Source: Vulcanimicrobiota bacterium | Lineage (GTDB): Bacteria > Vulcanimicrobiota > JAJTBE01 | Direction: 5' to 3' | Length of the DNA: 64,000 nucleotides | NCBI GenBank assembly: GCA_021107945.1 | Contig: JAIORV010000068.1 | Location: 1,222 to 65,221 of the forward strand | Made by a program: the position numbers and the translations under genes | The notes under the pieces: model-generated | The model's database searches: none | What the model saw: the letters and a program-made list of their open reading frames with translations, nothing else | What the model was told of the DNA's origin: nothing | In this document: positions 58,134-64,000 of the stretch, piece after piece | Layout: every line of letters begins with the position of its first letter | Position numbering within the stretch: the stretch's first letter is position 1

Positions 58134-58835
58134 ATGCAAAAGAATGCAATCGCAATATTGACTGTTATTTTCTATGTTTTTATTGGAGCAGGGCTTTCAT
58201 ACTCCGAGGCGGCACGAACAATCACAGATCGCAGCGACCCTTATTCCCCCAAGAGTTATGCAAATATCGACTTTGTAAAAAAATTCAATCAGGCAATACC
58301 GGGACTTGAAAATTTAGGTGAAAAAATAGATCAGGCACTTTTATACAGTGATGTAAAAATGCTGACGGAGTCCGCCGCTGTGTTGGGATATTGCGAGAAG
58401 CAATGGGAAGTAAAATCTTCCGGGATTACGGCGGACAAACTCATGGACATCGCCGGACAAATAGCGGATTACAGAAAATCACCCGATGAGTTGAAGGCTG
58501 TAATCAATACATACAATGAAAGATCCATTTCCGTCTATAACCCTGAGAAAGCAAAAAAATACGAAACAATTCTGCAAAATCTGAAAACCCATCCTGCCGG
58601 ACAAAATCAATGCGGCACGTTGTTTGTTCGTAACAATACCGGTAAAAACAACATACTGATATATGTGAATAAAATATATTTTGGCACTGTAAGGGCAGGC
58701 AGAAGTGTTAAGTTCAGTAATATTCCCACGGGTAAAATAGATCTATCGGCAAATGATGGGAAACATAGAAAATGGGGACCGAGAAAAGTATATTTATCAC
58801 GCAACATAATTTTTCGATGGGAATTGTATCTTTAA
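58134..58835 (+). CDS. secreted hypothetical protein
   Basis: 233 aa; signal peptide MQKNAIAILTVIFYVFIGAGLSYS. Confidence 0.5.
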   Translation: MQKNAIAILTVIFYVFIGAGLSYSEAARTITDRSDPYSPKSYANIDFVKKFNQAIPGLENLGEKIDQALLYSDVKMLTESAAVLGYCEKQWEVKSSGITADKLMDIAGQIADYRKSPDELKAVINTYNERSISVYNPEKAKKYETILQNLKTHPAGQNQCGTLFVRNNTGKNNILIYVNKIYFGTVRAGRSVKFSNIPTGKIDLSANDGKHRKWGPRKVYLSRNIIFRWELYL

Positions 58836-58857
58836 ATCAAGAGGGCGTGACGCAGGC

Positions 58858-59301
58858 TTGATAATTGAACTTTCCAAAAATGCAAAGAGATGTATCCGCA
58901 GGGCGAAAGACATAGCTGTTTCCCTGGGGCATTCCAGTCTGGATTCGGGACATTTGCTCCTGGGTATATTAACAGATGCCGCCACAAAAGCATACATAGT
59001 AATGGAAAGTATCGGTATTCAACGCTATGATGTGGAAAAAGAACTAAAATCTCTGAGGCCGCCGATAGGTCAGCTTATCGAAGAACCGGAGATTTCAGAA
59101 GATCTAAAAAATGCGATTGAAATCGCATCCGATATATTAAAGAGAACTAATGAACAAGAAATATCACCAGAGTTGCTAATTGTTTCCACATTATTAAGGG
59201 GTAATTCCCCATCCAATAAAATAATAAAAAACATGGAATACGATCCCGGGTTAATAATCCGGGAAATGGGGATTCCATTGGGCGAAAACCCGGTTTTCTG
59301 A
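58858..59301 (+). CDS. Clp N-terminal (Clp_N/ClpR) repeat domain protein
   Basis: 147 aa; TTG start; two Clp_N-like repeats (LSKNAKRCIRRAKDIAVSLGHSSLDSGHLLLGIL ...). Confidence 0.55.
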   Translation: MIIELSKNAKRCIRRAKDIAVSLGHSSLDSGHLLLGILTDAATKAYIVMESIGIQRYDVEKELKSLRPPIGQLIEEPEISEDLKNAIEIASDILKRTNEQEISPELLIVSTLLRGNSPSNKIIKNMEYDPGLIIREMGIPLGENPVF

Positions 59302-59466
59302 TCCCCGGAAGTATCGTTGAATGCTGAATTTGCAGGGGATATTGTTTTTTTACTCCGCCCGGAATTACCTCTTTTTATATTGAAGGGCATATTCCATTGG
59401 AATAGAACAATAAAAAAGGAATATCTGTTATAGTGTAGTATATACACAAACAATAATTCACAGGGA

Positions 59467-60384
59467 GTGATTTGTATTTCCTTCTCTTATGAAGTAAGAG
59501 ATGAAATGGCCAAAGGCCTTCCCGAGAAGACATGTTGCAGAGAAACCATGTTGGCTTCAATCTTATTATTCGGAAGGCACTTTCCAGATGTCGGGCATAT
59601 TCAAATAGTACAGACACCATTTCCCAAAGTTGCAAGACTTACTTATAAATTGGTCAAGCAGGTATCTGACTCACAGGTTTTATGGGAGCAGGCTCAGGAA
59701 AAATGCCTCCAAAAAAGAAAGATATACAGGATTCTGATCCCCGAGACTGAATCAATGAATGATTTCCTTTCAAGATGGGGGTTTGATGGAAATTTTAATA
59801 AAAACAATTTGCGCAAAGCATGCTGTAAAAGAGCATTTCTCAAGGGAGCATTCCTGGGATCCGGATCCGTTAGTGATCCAAGAGCATATTACCATTTTGA
59901 GATAATATCCCCATCAAAGGATCTCTCCCGCATTCTGGTGAGGATCTTAAAAAGGATGGAAATTGAAGGGAAAATCACCACTCGAAGAAATCAATGGCTG
60001 GTTTATGTCAAGCGGGCGGATGATATCTCCAATATACTCAATATTCTGGGAGCATACAGGGGACTGCTTGAATTTGAGGAAGTCAGGGCAATCAAAGAGA
60101 CTAAAGAAGAAATACACCGCAGAGTGAATTGCGAAACCGCCAACCTGGACAAGACGGGCAAGGCGGCGGTAAGACAATTAATTAACATTCGATATTTAAA
60201 TGAGAAGGGAGTACTCGAGAAGTTACCTAAAGGACTCAGGGAAATTGCCGATCTCAGGATAAGATTCCAGGAAGCTAACTTGAGAGAATTGGGGGAAAGA
60301 CTTTCGCCTCCAATATCAAAGTCTTCTGTCAACAGCAGGTTCAGGAGACTGGAAGCACTGGCGGCAAAACTCAGAAAAGAATAA
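59467..60384 (+). CDS. whiA: DNA-binding protein WhiA
   Basis: 305 aa; N-terminal SFSYEVRDEMA...CCRETMLASIL, LAGLIDADG-like middle, C-terminal HTH (LRELGERLSPPISKSSVNSRFRRL); conserved synteny upstream of gap-pgk; GTG start uncertain. Confidence 0.8.
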   Translation: MICISFSYEVRDEMAKGLPEKTCCRETMLASILLFGRHFPDVGHIQIVQTPFPKVARLTYKLVKQVSDSQVLWEQAQEKCLQKRKIYRILIPETESMNDFLSRWGFDGNFNKNNLRKACCKRAFLKGAFLGSGSVSDPRAYYHFEIISPSKDLSRILVRILKRMEIEGKITTRRNQWLVYVKRADDISNILNILGAYRGLLEFEEVRAIKETKEEIHRRVNCETANLDKTGKAAVRQLINIRYLNEKGVLEKLPKGLREIADLRIRFQEANLRELGERLSPPISKSSVNSRFRRLEALAAKLRKE

Positions 60385-60417
60385 TATATTTATTAAAAAA
60401 CACAAGGAGGAATAATA

Positions 60418-61431
60418 ATGAAGGTAGGAATTAATGGATTCGGAAGAATTGGAAGATTATTTTTAAGAGCGGTTCTGCACTCAAAACCCGATTTCGAAGT
60501 AGTGGCAATCAATGATATCGGCAAGCCGGAAACGATGGTTCACCTGTTCAAACACGATTCCACATACGGAGGCTTCCCCGGCAAGGTCAAACTTGAGGGC
60601 GACACGATGGTGGTTGACGGCCGTAAGATCAAGATGCTCTGTGAGAGAAATCCAGAGAATCTCCCCTGGAAAGAGATGGGCGTGGATATGGTTCTCGAAT
60701 CAACAGGATTATTCAGAACCAGGGAAGAGGCTGAAAAACATATAAAGGCCGGAGCGAAAAAAGTCATTATCAGCGCACCGGGAAAAGGCGGCGGGATAAG
60801 AACAATCGTACTGGGAGTCAATGAGAAAGATTTTAATCCCGATACGGACACCGTGGTCTCAAATGCATCTTGCACAACCAATTGCCTTGCGCCGGTGGCA
60901 AAGGTAATCAACGATAATTTCAAGATTGTAAATGCATTGATGACAACAATACACTCATATACAAACGACCAGAAAATCCTGGATCTGCCCCATCCGGATC
61001 TCAGAAGAGCAAGGGCCGCAGGACTCAACATCATCCCAACAACAACCGGAGCGGCAAAAGCTACAACAACAGTCATCCCCGACTTGAAAGGCAAATTTGA
61101 CGGAATGGCAATCAGGGTTCCAACACCCACAGTTTCACTGGTGGACATGGTAGTGCTGGTAGAGAAAGAAGTTACCGCGGAGGAAGTTAAATCTGCTCTG
61201 ACCAAGGCTGCTGAGGGAGAACTCAAGGGATTGCTCGAAGTAACCAATGAGCCTCTCGTTTCGATGGACTTCAAGGGAAATCCGGCTTCGTCAATTGTCG
61301 ATCTGGGCTGTGTATATGTCAACGGCAGACTGATCAAGATACTTTCATGGTACGACAATGAGTGGGGATACTCCCAGAGACTGGTTGACCTGATGGAGTA
61401 TATGCTCAAAAAAGTACACGCAAACGCATAG
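60418..61431 (+). CDS. gap: glyceraldehyde-3-phosphate dehydrogenase, type I
   Basis: 337 aa; INGFGRIGR; active site [10 protein letters not shown]; AAGGAGGAATAATAATG SD. Confidence 0.95.
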   Translation: MKVGINGFGRIGRLFLRAVLHSKPDFEVVAINDIGKPETMVHLFKHDSTYGGFPGKVKLEGDTMVVDGRKIKMLCERNPENLPWKEMGVDMVLESTGLFRTREEAEKHIKAGAKKVIISAPGKGGGIRTIVLGVNEKDFNPDTDTVVSNASCTTNCLAPVAKVINDNFKIVNALMTTIHSYTNDQKILDLPHPDLRRARAAGLNIIPTTTGAAKATTTVIPDLKGKFDGMAIRVPTPTVSLVDMVVLVEKEVTAEEVKSALTKAAEGELKGLLEVTNEPLVSMDFKGNPASSIVDLGCVYVNGRLIKILSWYDNEWGYSQRLVDLMEYMLKKVHANA

Positions 61432-61538
61432 TTTTCGAGTTGATAAATAAAACGTAACTATTGGACATCTTTGTTTTTCAAAGTAAAGCAAGCTGTTTCC
61501 AATAAGTAATGTCGTTTTTATTGGAATATTAATAAAAC

Positions 61539-61612
61539 CGCAAAGAAGCAAAGAACACAAAGAAAATTATTTTTAAACCTTTGTGGTCTTTGCGGTCTTT
61601 GCGGTAAAAAAA
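61539..61612. repeat. inverted heptad arrays forming a long hairpin (CCGCAAAG-AAGCAAAG-AACACAAAG / 16-nt loop / CTTTGTG-GTCTTTGCG-GTCTTTGCGG-TAAAAAAA)
   Basis: Read directly between gap and pgk. Confidence 0.75.
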
Positions 61613-61661
61613 TGTTATCTGCGGTGAATAGTAATGAGAATTTTAAGGGGAGGTAATAACT

Positions 61662-62864
61662 GTGAACAAAGCTACAGTAAGGGATATTGACGTTAACGGC
61701 AAGAGGGTCCTGATGCGCGTCGATTTCAACGTGCCCGTCAAAAACGGAGTTGTAACCGACGACACAAGGATACAGGCCGCTCTTCCCACGATTAAATATA
61801 TTCTCAATCATAACGCAAAGCTTATTCTCATGTCCCACAGGGGAAGACCCAAGGGAAAGGTGATCCCTGAAATGAATATGGACCCCGTGGCAAAAAGACT
61901 TGAGGAGGTTCTTGGAAAGCCTGTCACAAAGCTCAATGAATGTGTCGGCGAAGAAGTAAAGAAAAAAGTAATGGCTATGAAACCCGGGGATGTTATTTTG
62001 TTGGAGAACACACGGTTTTATCCCGGCGAGAAGAAAAATGACCCGGAATTTGCAAAAAAGCTGGCAAGCCTCGGGGAGGTCTATGTCAATGATGCGTTCG
62101 GCACAGCTCACAGGGCGCATGCCTCAACGGTGGGTGTCACGGAATATATCCCCGTCTGTGTGTCCGGATTCCTCATTGAGAAGGAATTAAAAGAACTGGG
62201 AAAGATGCTCACAAATCCGGAGAAGCCCTTCTATGCAATTCTGGGAGGTGCAAAGGTAAAGGACAAAATCGGCGTGATAGATAATCTGGCAAATATATGC
62301 GACGGAATTCTTATAGGCGGTGGAATGGCGTTTACATTCCTCAAAGCTGAAGGGTATGAAATCGGCAAATCACTCCTGGATCCGAATCTTGATCGTGTAA
62401 AGAAAATAATGAAAACGCTGTCGGAAAAGGGAGTCATTCTCGCATTGCCCGTTGATGTGGTTGTAACAGATGACCCAAAGGGCGAAGGCACATCAAAAAC
62501 AGTTGACGCCGACAAGATACCTGCGGATATGATGGGTGTTGATATCGGTCCGAAAACCATAGAGAAATTTTCCAGTCTGATTTCAATGGCAAAGACAATT
62601 TTCTGGAACGGCCCCATGGGCATATTCGAGGTGAATGAATTTGCAACCGGCACAAAAGCGGTAGCGCAGGCTGTCGCCAAGATGAACGGAGTTTCCGTAA
62701 TAGGCGGAGGGGACTCGGTAGCGGCGGTAAAAGAAGCCGGGCTGTCAGATAAAATGACTCATATCTCAACAGGCGGCGGAGCGTCTCTGGAGTTTATTGA
62801 AGGCAAGGAATTACCAGGCATAGCGGCGCTGACGGATAAGGAGAAATTACCGATAGTGATGTGA
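61662..62864 (+). CDS. pgk: phosphoglycerate kinase
   Basis: 400 aa; GTG start with GGGGAGGT SD; [24 protein letters not shown] motifs. Confidence 0.95.
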   Translation: MNKATVRDIDVNGKRVLMRVDFNVPVKNGVVTDDTRIQAALPTIKYILNHNAKLILMSHRGRPKGKVIPEMNMDPVAKRLEEVLGKPVTKLNECVGEEVKKKVMAMKPGDVILLENTRFYPGEKKNDPEFAKKLASLGEVYVNDAFGTAHRAHASTVGVTEYIPVCVSGFLIEKELKELGKMLTNPEKPFYAILGGAKVKDKIGVIDNLANICDGILIGGGMAFTFLKAEGYEIGKSLLDPNLDRVKKIMKTLSEKGVILALPVDVVVTDDPKGEGTSKTVDADKIPADMMGVDIGPKTIEKFSSLISMAKTIFWNGPMGIFEVNEFATGTKAVAQAVAKMNGVSVIGGGDSVAAVKEAGLSDKMTHISTGGGASLEFIEGKELPGIAALTDKEKLPIVM

Positions 62865-62871
62865 GAGACTT

Positions 62872-63068
62872 CTTTTCACCACAGAGGCCGCAGAGGTATT
62901 CGGGGAATGGAACCCTGATCTGTAGGAGGGACGTCCTCGTCCCGATAAACGGATACGCAGGACGGATGTTTTATTTCACCGCAGAGATCACTGAAATAAA
63001 TTCAGGGCAGGCTCAGAGCACGGAGTTTTTTGATTTAAATTCTTCGTGTCCTTCTCGTCTTCGTGGTT
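62872..63068. repeat. composite repeat cluster (heptads TTTTCACC-ACAGAGG-CCGCAGAGG; reverse-complemented palindrome module; TTTCACCGCAGAGATCAC; TTCTTCGTG-TCCTTCTCG-TCTTCGTGG)
   Basis: Read directly, in the convergent gap after pgk. Confidence 0.75.
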
Positions 63069-63073
63069 TAACC

Positions 63074-63916
63074 TCAAGAATATTCTGTTTCATCCAGCGA
63101 CAAGATCAACTGATATCCCGGGTCCGAGAGTATCCTGGTTTTTATTTTTCCTACTCTGCAGCCAGGCAACAGCTTCTTTATGGTTTCTTTTTCATCGGGT
63201 TTTCTCGGTGGTGAAAGCTTGAATGTCAGGATAACATTATCTCCGCTTTTTTTGCCTTCGACAATCATTGTATCTTTGTTCCTGGCGCACTTGATTATAT
63301 TGTGGAAAATTTCAAACAAAATGATTTTCACATTCCTGGAATCCAGTGGAAATTTCTTCTCCAGCAATTCTTCGTCAAATTCCTTTACCAATACAAGACT
63401 TTTGCGCTGAAACTTTATATCAAACACATCGATAATCCATCCAACCATTTTCGAGATACTGCAGTCTTTGAGGTTGTGATTTCGCGATTCTAAAAAGCTC
63501 TGAATTAGCTCCTCAAGCCCCTCAAGTCTTTTAAGGGCAATTTTACCGTCTTCCCCTACGCTTTCCGAGAATTCTTTTGTGAGATCCATTTCGCTCGAAT
63601 TGTTACCGAAAGCTTCACTGAATCCCACCATGGATACCAGCGGGGAACGAATATCGTGAATCAAATCCGGCAGAACCTTCAACACAAAGCCTCTTTGCTC
63701 CTCAAACTGTTCAATTCGTTCTTTCAGATTGCTCAGCCTTTCTGCAAATTCAAAACCGGACTCCCCGATTCTTGATAGAAAATCAAACCCTTTAAAATAA
63801 TTTGTCGAATCGACTCTGCTTGCCTCCGCCATGTAATTTGGTTTGCTCCTGGCAGGACTTTTTTTATCAAATTTTTTAGAATTTTCCGGTGATTTACACA
63901 TAATAAAACTCCTCAT
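63074..63916 (-). CDS. soluble histidine-kinase-like protein (HisKA H-box plus degenerate HATPase)
   Basis: 280 aa; LIHDIRSPLVSMVGFSE H-box; the C-terminal half has weak GHKL similarity; start uncertain. Confidence 0.55.
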   Translation of the reverse strand: MRSFIMCKSPENSKKFDKKSPARSKPNYMAEASRVDSTNYFKGFDFLSRIGESGFEFAERLSNLKERIEQFEEQRGFVLKVLPDLIHDIRSPLVSMVGFSEAFGNNSSEMDLTKEFSESVGEDGKIALKRLEGLEELIQSFLESRNHNLKDCSISKMVGWIIDVFDIKFQRKSLVLVKEFDEELLEKKFPLDSRNVKIILFEIFHNIIKCARNKDTMIVEGKKSGDNVILTFKLSPPRKPDEKETIKKLLPGCRVGKIKTRILSDPGYQLILSLDETEYS

Positions 63917-64000
63917 ACAAATAAATATAAGGCCTCAAAGAGCCAAGTGGGAGGGATTTTAATTGAATCTATTTTGAATCTATTCCGGTATTGCCAAAAA

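Noticed and set aside
1-64000. tRNA, rRNA, integrase, transposase or prophage genes delimiting a mobile island
   Set aside because: I read all intergenic regions and found no cloverleaf-compatible tRNA-like sequence and no rRNA-like stretch. No ORF has integrase or transposase motifs. Accessory character here comes from short repeats rather than a classical island.

Overview
This 64 kb window looks like chromosomal DNA from an anaerobic, probably uncultivated bacterium. About three quarters of it is coding, in ~46 plausible CDSs on both strands. Gene order from the start: a zinc-ribbon protein; a secreted protein; a large hybrid PAS/GAF histidine kinase with two receiver domains; a flavodoxin-ferredoxin fusion; an orphan GspE/PilB-type ATPase with an N-terminal excisionase-type HTH; a PQQ-like beta-propeller protein. 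Next comes a tightly packed, translationally coupled same-strand cluster korD-korA-korB-korG / hdrA / (GxxExxY nuclease) / mvhD / hdrC / hdrB / sdhB-like / sdhA-like at 10.9-20.6 kb. After that: glyQS; a standalone OLD-family ATPase-Toprim nuclease (candidate anti-phage gene); lipoproteins; a GH57-like protein; large GT-C/GT39-like membrane proteins; an ureohydrolase; an amidohydrolase; a complete Na+-translocating methylmalonyl-CoA-type decarboxylase operon (carboxyltransferase / oadG-like / biotin carrier / beta subunit); a PAS-GGDEF cyclase; GT4 plus cobO; a membrane-embedded spermidine-synthase-like protein; whiA-gap-pgk; and a degenerate histidine-kinase-like protein. I found no rRNA, tRNA, CRISPR array, integrase or transposase. 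The most unusual property is outside the genes. Almost every intergenic region is filled with one modular family of short repeats: tandem heptads CRCRRAG/CTYYGYG capped by TTTTTCACC / GGTGAAAAAA; the palindrome GGGACG-RGGA-CGTCCC with a CCGTTTATCG/GGATAACGG unit; and G-quadruplex-type G-tracts GGGAAAGGGGAAAGGGGAGGTGGG. There are also several longer interspersed or structured elements, two of which show compensatory base changes between copies. The single GxxExxY PD-(D/E)XK nuclease gene is bracketed by inverted heptad arrays and sits, translationally coupled, between hdrA and mvhD. This REP/RAYT-like arrangement is my best candidate for the undescribed system. All calls rest on motif recognition in the translated ORFs and on reading the DNA directly; no database searches were possible.
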